From contig DASVAW010000167.1 in the NCBI GenBank assembly GCA_036376135.1, positions 13,811 through 77,810 of the forward strand: a stretch of DNA of 64,000 bases, read 5' to 3'. Position numbers and translations under genes: made by a program. The DNA comes from Candidatus Polarisedimenticolaceae bacterium (GTDB lineage Bacteria; Acidobacteriota; Polarisedimenticolia; Polarisedimenticolales; DASRJG01). Shown here in pieces: positions 29,259 to 37,463 of this stretch (the stretch's first letter is position 1; every line of letters starts with the position of its first letter). The notes under the pieces are model-generated. The model worked only from the letters and a program-made list of their open reading frames with translations. It made no database searches and was not told the origin of the DNA.

Positions 29259-29816
29259 ATGAGTCGCCTCGCAGGACGCGTCAACCGTCGCGAACGCTCC
29301 TGCACATTGATCGCGGTCATGCTGGCCTCCGCGACGTTGGCATCGTCCGGCTGCGGCGGCGATCGACGCGCGGATCGTCTCTACCGCGAAGCCTCCGAGC
29401 TCGTCGAAAAGGGCGATACCGCGGCCGCCGTCCCCAAGCTCGAGGAAATTCTCCGCGACTACCCGGACAGCGAAGCGGCGTCGAAGGCCCGTCGCGAGGT
29501 CGTCCTGTACCGCGGGCTGTCGGAGGCGGTCGCGGCGTATCCCGTGCGGCGCGCGCGCGATGTCATGGTGCAGACCGCCCGCGCGCTCGAACGATACCGG
29601 GCCGGCCGCGGGGCCGCTCCCGACGCGCTCGACGCCCTCGTGCCTTCCTTTCTCTCGGAGGCCCCCGCCGATCCGTGGGGACGCTCCCTCGAGTACCGGA
29701 AGACCGCCCGCGGTTATCGTCTCGCGTGCCTTGGCTCCGACGGGGCGCCGGGCGGCGAAGGCGATGCGGCGGATCTCGTCGTCGAGAATGGAGCGTTCGT
29801 GAGGGTCGCGCGATGA
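29259..29816 (+). CDS. Lipoprotein with a GspG C-terminal-like domain
   Basis: Lipobox LASSGC. The C-terminus is PDALDALVPSFLSEAPADPWGRSLEYRKTARGYRLACLGSDGAPGGEGDAADL. It resembles the T2SS GspG globular domain but has no prepilin N-terminus. Confidence 0.6.
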   Translation: MSRLAGRVNRRERSCTLIAVMLASATLASSGCGGDRRADRLYREASELVEKGDTAAAVPKLEEILRDYPDSEAASKARREVVLYRGLSEAVAAYPVRRARDVMVQTARALERYRAGRGAAPDALDALVPSFLSEAPADPWGRSLEYRKTARGYRLACLGSDGAPGGEGDAADLVVENGAFVRVAR

Positions 29817-30241
29817 TCGCGGCGTGGCTCCTCGCGGCTGCGGTCGTCGCGCCGAGGTTCGCGGTGGCCGTCCTTCCCAACGGGACGGAGTTCGCGCTCG
29901 AGGTTGCCGCCGACCCCGAATCCCGGGCACGGGGGTACATGTTCCGCGAGAGCGTCGGCCCGAAGGAAGGGATGGTGTTCGTCTTCGACTCCCCCGAGCG
30001 GCAGGGCATGTGGATGAAGAACTGCCGCGTCCCGCTCGACCTCGTCTGGCTCGACGGCGCGCGGCGCGTCGTCCACGTCGCCGAGAACCAGCGGCCCTGC
30101 CCCAGCCAGGGCCCGTGCCCGGTCGTCGAGTCGATGCGACCCGCCCTGTACGTTCTGGAGTTCGCGGGGGGGACCGCCCGCCGCGAGGGATTGAGGATCG
30201 GCGACACGATCGCCTTGCTTTCGGATCCGCCCCTCCGATGA
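29813..30241 (+). CDS. DUF192 (COG1430) family protein
   Basis: GYMFRESVGPKEGMVFVF...MWMKNCRVPLDLVWLD...YVLEF is the DUF192 pattern. It has ATGA overlaps on both sides. Confidence 0.7.
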   Translation: MIAAWLLAAAVVAPRFAVAVLPNGTEFALEVAADPESRARGYMFRESVGPKEGMVFVFDSPERQGMWMKNCRVPLDLVWLDGARRVVHVAENQRPCPSQGPCPVVESMRPALYVLEFAGGTARREGLRIGDTIALLSDPPLR

Positions 30242-31554
30242 AGGCTCGGTTCCTCGCGGTCGCGCTCCTGCTCGCTCCGTGGGCGGTCGCGGCCGACCCC
30301 GTCGTCGTGCAGGGGGCGGACCTCAAGCTCCTCGGCGAGGTGAAGGCGATCGCCTCGCGCGTCGCGGGACTCCTCGGGATCCGGGACGCGGGGACCCCGG
30401 CCGCGATTCGAGCGGACGCTGCGGCGCGTCGCGCGCTGCTCGAGGCGGCGGAGTCACTCCCGGCCGAGCGGCTCGCCGCCCGCGGAAGGTCCTGGGAGGA
30501 TCTGGGGCTGGGGGAGCGGGGCCTGCCCGCGCGTCTGCGACGGATCCTCGCGGAAGACCTCGAGGGGGCGGCGCTCGACGGCGACGGCCGCCGCCTCATG
30601 GTCGATCCCGGCCGCTTGAGCGACGCCGATTTCGCGCCGGGCACTCCCGGAACCGACGCGGCCTCGCTGCTCCTGGTCGCCGGCGTTCGGCCGGACGAGC
30701 CGATGCTCGCCCACTACGTCGACCACGCAAGGGCGGGGTGGACCGCCGCGCGGTTCCCGGACACGACCGACGCCTGGCTCGCCGCGGCGGCCTGGGCCGA
30801 GGGCAGGGCCAATCTCGCGGCGCTGTCTCTGCTCTTCGAGGGGGTCGGCCTGATCGATGCCGTCGCCGACGGCAAGGTCGTTCCGTCTTCGGTGCTCGGC
30901 GGCTCGCTGGTGCCGGAGCCGTTCCAGACCGGCTCCCCCGTCGAGCGCGCCCTGCTGTTCTTCGTCTATGAAGAGGGATTTGCGCAGGCCGCATTGCGGC
31001 TCAAGGCGGGAGGGTTCGGCCGCATCGTCTCGGAGGCCGGCGTCCGCCGGACGACCCGGGACGTCCTCCACCCCGATCGGGCCCCTTTCGGGGGGGACCT
31101 CCCCGAGGTTCCGCCCCCCCCGGCGGGGTTCCGCGTCGCCGACCGCGACGTACTCGGGGAGCAGGGGATCATCACCGTGATCTCGACGTTGACCGGCAAG
31201 GACAACCTCGGATTGCTCGCGGGGGACGGTTGGGCCGGCGACGTCCTCGTCCGTCACGAACCGGACGCCGGCAACGGGGATGGGTACACCCTCTGGGTGG
31301 TCCGCGCGGTGGACGAGCCGAAGGCGACCGACTTCGCGTACGGCGTGCTCCGCGGGTTCGAGGAGCGGTACGCAGGCCTCAAATGGGAGGGGGATGCCGC
31401 CTCGAAGTCCCTCCGGTCGGCCGACCGGATCGTCCGGTTCCGCCGGAACGGAACGGTAATTCGGATCCGGATTGCGTCTCCGACGGTCGATGCGGCCCTC
31501 GAAAAGTCGTCGGTCGAAAGCGCGCCGCGGCGCGCTCCGAGCTCCACAAAGTGA
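30238..31554 (+). CDS. Secreted hypothetical protein
   Basis: Signal peptide MKARFLAVALLLAPWAVAA. It is translationally coupled to DUF192. Confidence 0.6.
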   Translation: MKARFLAVALLLAPWAVAADPVVVQGADLKLLGEVKAIASRVAGLLGIRDAGTPAAIRADAAARRALLEAAESLPAERLAARGRSWEDLGLGERGLPARLRRILAEDLEGAALDGDGRRLMVDPGRLSDADFAPGTPGTDAASLLLVAGVRPDEPMLAHYVDHARAGWTAARFPDTTDAWLAAAAWAEGRANLAALSLLFEGVGLIDAVADGKVVPSSVLGGSLVPEPFQTGSPVERALLFFVYEEGFAQAALRLKAGGFGRIVSEAGVRRTTRDVLHPDRAPFGGDLPEVPPPPAGFRVADRDVLGEQGIITVISTLTGKDNLGLLAGDGWAGDVLVRHEPDAGNGDGYTLWVVRAVDEPKATDFAYGVLRGFEERYAGLKWEGDAASKSLRSADRIVRFRRNGTVIRIRIASPTVDAALEKSSVESAPRRAPSSTK

Positions 31555-31623
31555 CGGAATTAAAAGAATGGGACCGTTTCGTGAGTTGACGGCCCGCGGA
31601 ACCTCCCCGTACCCTTACCCCCG

Positions 31624-32259
31624 ATGAAATGGATCACCCGACCCTTCGCGACCCTCACCGTGCTCCTGGCGGTTGTCGCCGCGACCTTCTTCGCGGGACC
31701 CTCCTCCGAGCCGATGGCCGCAGCGCCGGTGCGCCAGCAGACGCTCGCCCTCGCCGGTGGGTTGCCCGACTCCTGGGAGCACCGGGCGATCGCCTGGCTC
31801 GACGCCCAGAGGGGCATCCCGATGTCGCGGACCGAGTTGGGCTCCCTCGTCCGGCTCGTCGACCGCACCGCCGAGCGGTTCGAAACCGACCCCCTGATGA
31901 TCCTCGCCGTGATCCAGGTCGAGAGCCGTTTCGACCCCTTCGCGGTTTCCCCCCGCGGCGCCCGAGGGCTCATGCAGGTCCGTCCCGAGACCGCCCGGGA
32001 GATCGCCCCCCGACTCGGGATCGAGTGGACCTCGGACGACCTGCTCTTCGATCCTGAGGTGAACGTCCTGATCGGCACGTGGTACGTCCAGCATCTGCTC
32101 GAGCGCTTCGACGGCAACCTCGACGCGGCGTTCGCGGCTTACGAGGCGGGGCCGGGACGCATCGAGGGGCACCTCGCGCGATCGTCGGAGGTGCCGCTGC
32201 GCTACGCCGATCGCATCTGGAACGTCCTCGTCGCGCTGCAGACCCAGATCGCCGCCTGA
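31624..32259 (+). CDS. Lytic transglycosylase (SLT domain)
   Basis: Catalytic VIQVESRFDPFAVSPRGARGLMQV, plus AYEAGPG. An N-terminal anchor or signal is present. Confidence 0.8.
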   Translation: MKWITRPFATLTVLLAVVAATFFAGPSSEPMAAAPVRQQTLALAGGLPDSWEHRAIAWLDAQRGIPMSRTELGSLVRLVDRTAERFETDPLMILAVIQVESRFDPFAVSPRGARGLMQVRPETAREIAPRLGIEWTSDDLLFDPEVNVLIGTWYVQHLLERFDGNLDAAFAAYEAGPGRIEGHLARSSEVPLRYADRIWNVLVALQTQIAA

Positions 32260-32328
32260 CGCGCTTTACCCCGTTCGGACCGCTGTGGTAGCGTGCCCGC
32301 CCTTCGCGCGCGCTAGGAGTCACGCGGG

Positions 32329-33885
32329 ATGAATCCGTTCGGGGACCAGCTCCTCAACGTCGTCACCTTTCTGCCCCTCGTCGGGGCGCTGCTCCTGTTG
32401 CTGCTCCCCGGCGAGCGACACGGGTTGATCGCCAAGGCCGCGACCGCGATCGCGGGTCTCGGTTTTCTCGTGAGCCTGCCGCTGTGGTTCGGTTGGGCCA
32501 AAGCACCCGTCGATGCGCACGGGTTCCGGTTCGTCTTCGAGATGGACTGGATTCCCTCGCTGGGGGCCCGGTACCTGGTCGGCGTCGACGGCATCTCGAT
32601 GCTGCTGGTATTGCTCACGACGTTGCTCGGCTTCATCGCGATCCTGGCCTCGTGGACGGCGATCCACCACCGCGTGAAGGAGTTCTACGTCTTCATGCTC
32701 GTCCTGCAGACGGGCATGCTCGGCGTGTTCGTCAGCCTCGACGCCTTCCTCTTCTACGTGTTCTGGGAGGTCGTGCTGATCCCGATGTACTTCCTCATCG
32801 GGATCTGGGGCGGCCAACGCCGCCTCTACGCCGCGGTCAAGTTCTTCCTCTACACGCTGTTCGGCTCCGTGCTGATGCTGCTCGGGATCCTCGCCCTCTA
32901 CTTCTACCACCACGCGATGACCGGGCTGTACACCTTCGACATCCGTCAGCTCCAGGCGATGGGGTCCTGGACCGACTGGTTCGACCTCCAGAAATGGGTG
33001 TGGGTCACCTTCTTCATCGGCTTCGCGATCAAGGTCCCGATGTGGCCGCTGCACACGTGGCTCCCTGACGCTCACGTCGAGGCGCCGACGGCGGGCTCGG
33101 TGATCCTCGCGGGCGTCCTCCTGAAGATGGGGACCTACGGGTTCCTGCGCTTCAGCCTGCCGATGCTCCCCGATGCGACCCGCTACTTCCTGCCGTGGGC
33201 CCTGGGCCTGTGCGTCGTGGGGGTGATCTACGGCGCGATGGTCGCGCTGATGCAGAAGGACTGGAAGAAGCTCGTGGCCTACTCGTCGGTGAGCCACCTG
33301 GGCTTCTGCATGCTCGGCGCGTTCGCGCTCAACCACCAGGGGATCACCGGCTCGGTCCTCCAGATGATCAATCACGGTCTGTCGACCGGGGCGTTGTTCC
33401 TCCTCGTCGGGATCGTCTACGAGCGCCGGCACACCCGCGAGATCGCCGAATACGGAGGGCTCGCCAAGGTCATGCCGTGGTTCGCGGTCTTCTTCCTCGT
33501 GATGACGCTCTCCTCGATCGGCATGCCGGCCCTTCCCGGGAACGGATTCACGGGAGAGTGGACGATCCTCGTCGGCGTGTTCCAGCTTTCCGACAAGGCC
33601 TGGGCGGTCCTCGGCGCGACGGGGATCGTGCTCGGGGCGGTGTACATGCTCTGGCTCTACCAGCGCACCGTCTTCGGGAAGCTCGACAACCCCGAGAACG
33701 AGAAGCTCTCCGACCTGAGCGCCCGCGAGGTCGCGACGCTCCTTCCGCTCACCGTGCTCGCCTTCTGGATCGGGCTCCATCCCGCGCCCTTCTTCAAAGT
33801 CCTCGACGAGCCGGTCGCCAAGATCGTGCAGCAGGTCGAGAAGACCTGGACCTACCCCGCCGCCGGGCTGCGCGCGGAGCGATGA
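32329..33885 (+). CDS. nuoM: NADH-quinone oxidoreductase subunit M-like antiporter subunit
   Basis: WIPSLGARYLVGVDGISMLLVLLTTLL...LFYVFWEVVLIPMYFLIGIWGG..RLYAAVKFFLYTLFGSVLML is the NuoM/ND4 signature. No other nuo genes are adjacent. Confidence 0.8.
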   Translation: MNPFGDQLLNVVTFLPLVGALLLLLLPGERHGLIAKAATAIAGLGFLVSLPLWFGWAKAPVDAHGFRFVFEMDWIPSLGARYLVGVDGISMLLVLLTTLLGFIAILASWTAIHHRVKEFYVFMLVLQTGMLGVFVSLDAFLFYVFWEVVLIPMYFLIGIWGGQRRLYAAVKFFLYTLFGSVLMLLGILALYFYHHAMTGLYTFDIRQLQAMGSWTDWFDLQKWVWVTFFIGFAIKVPMWPLHTWLPDAHVEAPTAGSVILAGVLLKMGTYGFLRFSLPMLPDATRYFLPWALGLCVVGVIYGAMVALMQKDWKKLVAYSSVSHLGFCMLGAFALNHQGITGSVLQMINHGLSTGALFLLVGIVYERRHTREIAEYGGLAKVMPWFAVFFLVMTLSSIGMPALPGNGFTGEWTILVGVFQLSDKAWAVLGATGIVLGAVYMLWLYQRTVFGKLDNPENEKLSDLSAREVATLLPLTVLAFWIGLHPAPFFKVLDEPVAKIVQQVEKTWTYPAAGLRAER

Positions 33886-34268
33886 CGCGGCCCGTCCGCT
33901 TCGCCCTCTACGCGTCCGGCGTCGCCCTCGTGTCCGCGATCTCGATCGCGATGGGGGTGTCCGCCGCCGGGGGGGCGGTCGGCTGGGCCTTCTCGGGGTG
34001 GGCCGCGGCGGCCATCCCCGGGATTGTCGGCGGGGCCGCGCTCGCCGCGACCCTCGGACGGCCCGGCACCGGTTTCCTGATCGGGCTGTTCGGGACGATG
34101 GTCTTTCGGGCGCTCGGGCTGATCGCCGTGCTGGCGCTCGCCCGCACGAGCGCGGAACCGGCGCTGCGGGACGCCCTCGTGGGGTTCGCGACCGGGCTCG
34201 TGCCGCTGTTCGTCTTCGAAGCGGCGTGGTTCCTCCGAGCGTCCCGGGGAGGCTCCGTCGAGCCATGA
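33882..34268 (+). CDS. Polytopic small membrane protein (AtpI-like position)
   Basis: 128 aa with about four hydrophobic helices. It has an ATGA overlap with nuoM and lies directly upstream of the F0 genes. Confidence 0.5.
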   Translation: MTRPVRFALYASGVALVSAISIAMGVSAAGGAVGWAFSGWAAAAIPGIVGGAALAATLGRPGTGFLIGLFGTMVFRALGLIAVLALARTSAEPALRDALVGFATGLVPLFVFEAAWFLRASRGGSVEP

Positions 34269-34314
34269 GTCCGCTTGACATTCCTGCTAAATTGTTCGGC
34301 CGCGAACGACTTTT

Positions 34315-34584
34315 GTGAGGAACGCTCCGCAAGGCCCCCGAGGGACGTCCGGGTTGAGCCTCGGTCGCGTCGCGGGGCTGGGCACGGAACTGCTGGTCGC
34401 CGTCGGGTTGGGCCTGCTCGTGGGCCGTTGGCTGGATGGGAAGCTGGGGACGGCGCCGTGGCTCCTCATGGCGGGCGCGGCTCTCGGCGGATTCTCGGCG
34501 TTCTGGAATCTGTACAGGCAGGTGGCGGCCTCGAACGCCTCCGCCGGGCAGGGGAAACGGGACGATGAGCGCAGCGACGACTGA
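34315..34584 (+). CDS. AtpZ/AtpI family (putative F0F1-ATPase gene-1) protein
   Basis: GLGTELLVAVGLGLLVGRWLDGKLGTAPWLLMAGAALGGFSAFWNLY matches the ATPase_gene1 pattern. It overlaps the atpB start. Confidence 0.6.
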   Translation: MRNAPQGPRGTSGLSLGRVAGLGTELLVAVGLGLLVGRWLDGKLGTAPWLLMAGAALGGFSAFWNLYRQVAASNASAGQGKRDDERSDD

Positions 34585-35419
34585 AGCGGTGGCGGAAACC
34601 GCAACGCACGGCGCCGAGGCCTCGGGCAAGCTCGACATCGGCGGCCTGATCATGCACCACATCACGGACAGCCACGAGATCGAGGTGCCGTTCTTCCCCA
34701 GCCTCAAGATCCCGCTCCCCGAGATCCACGTCGGCGGGTACGACATCTCCATCACCAAACACGTCGTCATGATGTGGATCGCCACCGGGTTGCTGCTCTT
34801 CGTCGCCGCGTGGGCGGCCCGACGCTCCAAGGACCCGATCCCGCGGGGCTGGCGCAACGCCCTCGAGGCGATCATCGTCTACATCCGCGACGAGATCGGC
34901 CGCAAGGCGCTCGGCGACCACATCGATCATTACTTGGGCTACCTCGTCACGACGTTCTTCTTCATTCTCTTCAACAACCTGCTGGGACTCGTGCCCGGCA
35001 TGGCGACCGCGACCGGCAACGTCGGCGTCACCGCGGCCCTCGCCGGGATCGCGTTCCTGATGATCCAGGGGTCGGGGATCCGCGAGTTCGGGGTGGTGAA
35101 GCACTTCAAGCACCTCGTGCCCTCGGGGCTTCCGCTCTGGCTCCTGCCGGTCATGATTCCCGTCGAGATCCTCGGCATGCTCGCGAAGCCCTTCGCGCTG
35201 TGCATCCGACTCTTCGCCAACATGACCGCCGGTCACGTGGTGATCCTCGGCCTGATCTCGCTGATCTTCATCCTGCAGACCGCGTTCGCGGCGCTCGTCT
35301 CGGTGCCGTTCACGCTGTTCATCTTCGTCTTGGAGATTCTCGTCGCGTTCATCCAGGCGTACATCTTCACGACCCTGGTCGCGACGTTCATGGGCATGTC
35401 GGTTCACCCCGCGCACTAA
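34565..35419 (+). CDS. atpB: F0F1 ATP synthase subunit a
   Basis: The essential Arg context ALCIRLFANMTAGH is present, together with multiple TM helices. Confidence 0.9.
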   Translation: MSAATTEAVAETATHGAEASGKLDIGGLIMHHITDSHEIEVPFFPSLKIPLPEIHVGGYDISITKHVVMMWIATGLLLFVAAWAARRSKDPIPRGWRNALEAIIVYIRDEIGRKALGDHIDHYLGYLVTTFFFILFNNLLGLVPGMATATGNVGVTAALAGIAFLMIQGSGIREFGVVKHFKHLVPSGLPLWLLPVMIPVEILGMLAKPFALCIRLFANMTAGHVVILGLISLIFILQTAFAALVSVPFTLFIFVLEILVAFIQAYIFTTLVATFMGMSVHPAH

Positions 35420-35449
35420 GGTCGCGGCGGAACAGGGAGGAGAGGGACG

Positions 35450-35677
35450 ATGGAACCCGTTGGGATGGCGTATCTGGGCGCCGGCGTGGGCGCGGGACTC
35501 GCACTGATCGGCGCCGGTCTCGGCATCGGCAAGCTGGCCGCCTCCGCGATGGAAGGCATCGCGCGCCAGCCTCAGGCGGCGGGCACGGTGCAGACCGCGA
35601 TGCTGATCGCGGCCGGCCTCATCGAAGGCGCGGCGCTCTTCGCGCTCGTCATCTGCTTCCTCCTCCAGGGCAAGTAG
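35450..35677 (+). CDS. atpE: F0F1 ATP synthase subunit c
   Basis: GAGLGIGKLAASAMEGIARQP...AAGLIEGAALFALV forms a hairpin with the carboxylate Glu. Confidence 0.9.
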   Translation: MEPVGMAYLGAGVGAGLALIGAGLGIGKLAASAMEGIARQPQAAGTVQTAMLIAAGLIEGAALFALVICFLLQGK

Positions 35678-36285
35678 TGTCCGTGCGCCGCATCGCCTGC
35701 GCCGCGGTCGGTTCCTGCGGCTTCGCGTCGTCCGTGCTCGCGGCCGAGGGGCACGCGGGCGGCGGCGGCTCGCTGATCACACCGCAGTTCGGCCTGATCT
35801 TCTGGACGTCCCTCACCTTCATCATCCTGCTCCTGCTCCTCCGACGGTTCGCGTGGAAACCGATCCTCGGCGCCCTCGAGACCCGGGAACGACAGATCCG
35901 CGAGGACATCGAGCAGGCCAGGCGGGGCCGCGAGGAGTCCGAGAAGATCCTCGAGGAGAACCGCACGGTCCTCGTCCAGGCCCGCCGCGAGCGCGCCGAG
36001 GCGGTCGAGGTGGGCCGCAAGGACGCCGAGCGCCTCAAGGCCGAGATCCTCGAGGAGGCGCGGCGTCAGCGCGAGTCGCTGCTGGCACAGACGCAGCAGC
36101 AGATCCAGGCCGAGCTGCGCTCGGCCCGCGCGGAGCTCCGCAAGGAGGCGGCCGATCTCGCGATCGAGGCCGCTTCGCGGATCCTCGCCAGAAACCTCGA
36201 CGACGCCTCGCAGCGCAAGATCGTCGAGGACTACCTCGCCGACCTGGAGAAGCTGCCTCCGGGGTCGGCCTCACTCCCCAGCTGA
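35677..36285 (+). CDS. atpF: F0F1 ATP synthase subunit b
   Basis: A single TM helix is followed by a long charged coiled coil (REDIEQARRGREESEKILEE...). The GTG start overlaps the atpE stop by 1 nt. Confidence 0.8.
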   Translation: MSVRRIACAAVGSCGFASSVLAAEGHAGGGGSLITPQFGLIFWTSLTFIILLLLLRRFAWKPILGALETRERQIREDIEQARRGREESEKILEENRTVLVQARRERAEAVEVGRKDAERLKAEILEEARRQRESLLAQTQQQIQAELRSARAELRKEAADLAIEAASRILARNLDDASQRKIVEDYLADLEKLPPGSASLPS

Positions 36286-36327
36286 TCGCCGCGCGGGCCC
36301 CTCACGGGGCCCGCGTCGTTTCATCCC

Positions 36328-37428
36328 GTGCGCCGATTCCTCGCGTCCGTTCCCGCGTCGTCCCGACGACGGATTCCCGTCGCCGTCGGGGCCGGGGCGC
36401 TCGCGCGACTCGAAGACGACCTCGAGCGCTCGGCGGCCGGCCGCCTCGTCGTGGTCGTCTCGGACTCGAACGTCGCGCCCCTCCACGGCGTGCCGCTCGT
36501 CGGGAGACTCCGCGGTCGCGGACTGCGCGCGGAGCTCGTCGACTTCCCCGCCGGAGAGGTCCACAAGACGCGCGAGACCAAGGCCGCCATCGAGGATCGG
36601 CTCGCCGCCTTCGGCGCGGATCGGTCGACCCTGCTCGTGGCGCTGGGCGGCGGCGTCACCGGGGACGTCGCCGGGTTCGTCGCGGCGACGTGGCTGCGCG
36701 GCGTCGAGGTCGTCCAAGCCCCCACCTCGCTCCTCGCGATGGCCGACGCCGCCCTCGGCGGGAAGACGGGCGTCGACGTTCCCGCGGGGAAGAACCTCGT
36801 GGGGGCGTTCCACCAGCCCTCGGCGCTTTATGCGGACGTGGAGCTCCTCGCCACGCTTCCCGACGCGGACTTCCGGAACGGATTCGCAGAGATCGTGAAG
36901 AGCGCGGTCGTCGGGGATGCCGCCGCGTTCGCGCGCCTCGAGCGGGACGCGTCCGCGCTCGCGCGGCGACGGGCCCCGGTCGTGGAGCGGACTCTCGCCG
37001 CATGCCTTCGACTCAAGGCGCGGATCGTCGCCCGGGACGAGCGCGAGGCCGGGGTGCGGATGATCCTGAACTTCGGTCACACCGCCGCACACGCCGTGGA
37101 GGCGGCTTCCGGGTACGCGGTGTCGCACGGCGAAGCCGTGGCGATCGGCATGACCGCGGAGGGGAGGATCGCGGTCGAGGCCGTGGGTTTTCCGGCGGAG
37201 GACGCGGCGCGGGTCGAGCGGCTCCTCGCCCGGCTCGGCCTGCCGCTTCGCGCGCCCGCGGGAACCTCGAGGGAGGAACTGCTCGCCGCGATGGCGCGCG
37301 ACAAGAAGAACCTGGCGGGGCTCGTGCGGTGCGCATTGCCCCGCGCGATCGGCCGCATGGGGGATGCGGGTGCGGTCGCGACGGTGGTGGACGCGGAACG
37401 CCTCGCCGACGCCCTGCGCGGCGATTGA
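36328..37428 (+). CDS. aroB: 3-dehydroquinate synthase
   Basis: LGGGVTGDVAGFVAATWLRGV, GGKTGVD..GKNLVGAFHQP, NFGHTAAHAVE and SHGEAVAIGM motifs. Confidence 0.9.
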   Translation: MRRFLASVPASSRRRIPVAVGAGALARLEDDLERSAAGRLVVVVSDSNVAPLHGVPLVGRLRGRGLRAELVDFPAGEVHKTRETKAAIEDRLAAFGADRSTLLVALGGGVTGDVAGFVAATWLRGVEVVQAPTSLLAMADAALGGKTGVDVPAGKNLVGAFHQPSALYADVELLATLPDADFRNGFAEIVKSAVVGDAAAFARLERDASALARRRAPVVERTLAACLRLKARIVARDEREAGVRMILNFGHTAAHAVEAASGYAVSHGEAVAIGMTAEGRIAVEAVGFPAEDAARVERLLARLGLPLRAPAGTSREELLAAMARDKKNLAGLVRCALPRAIGRMGDAGAVATVVDAERLADALRGD

Positions 37429-37463
37429 CAGCACCGATCCCGCGCCCTAGGGTAGCCCCTCGC

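Noticed and set aside
35853-37463. Long N-terminal extensions of real genes in the ORF track. Examples are 35853-39320 for the kinase, 38759-40816, 39331-42789, 43998-45698, 53014-55221, 19454-20938, 28170-29816 and 50103-52190.
   Set aside because: The upstream parts are Arg/Gly/Pro-rich read-through that overlaps other verified genes. The true starts were placed at the ATG/GTG that restores a signal peptide or domain N-terminus, usually with a Shine-Dalgarno site or an ATGA/GTGA overlap.
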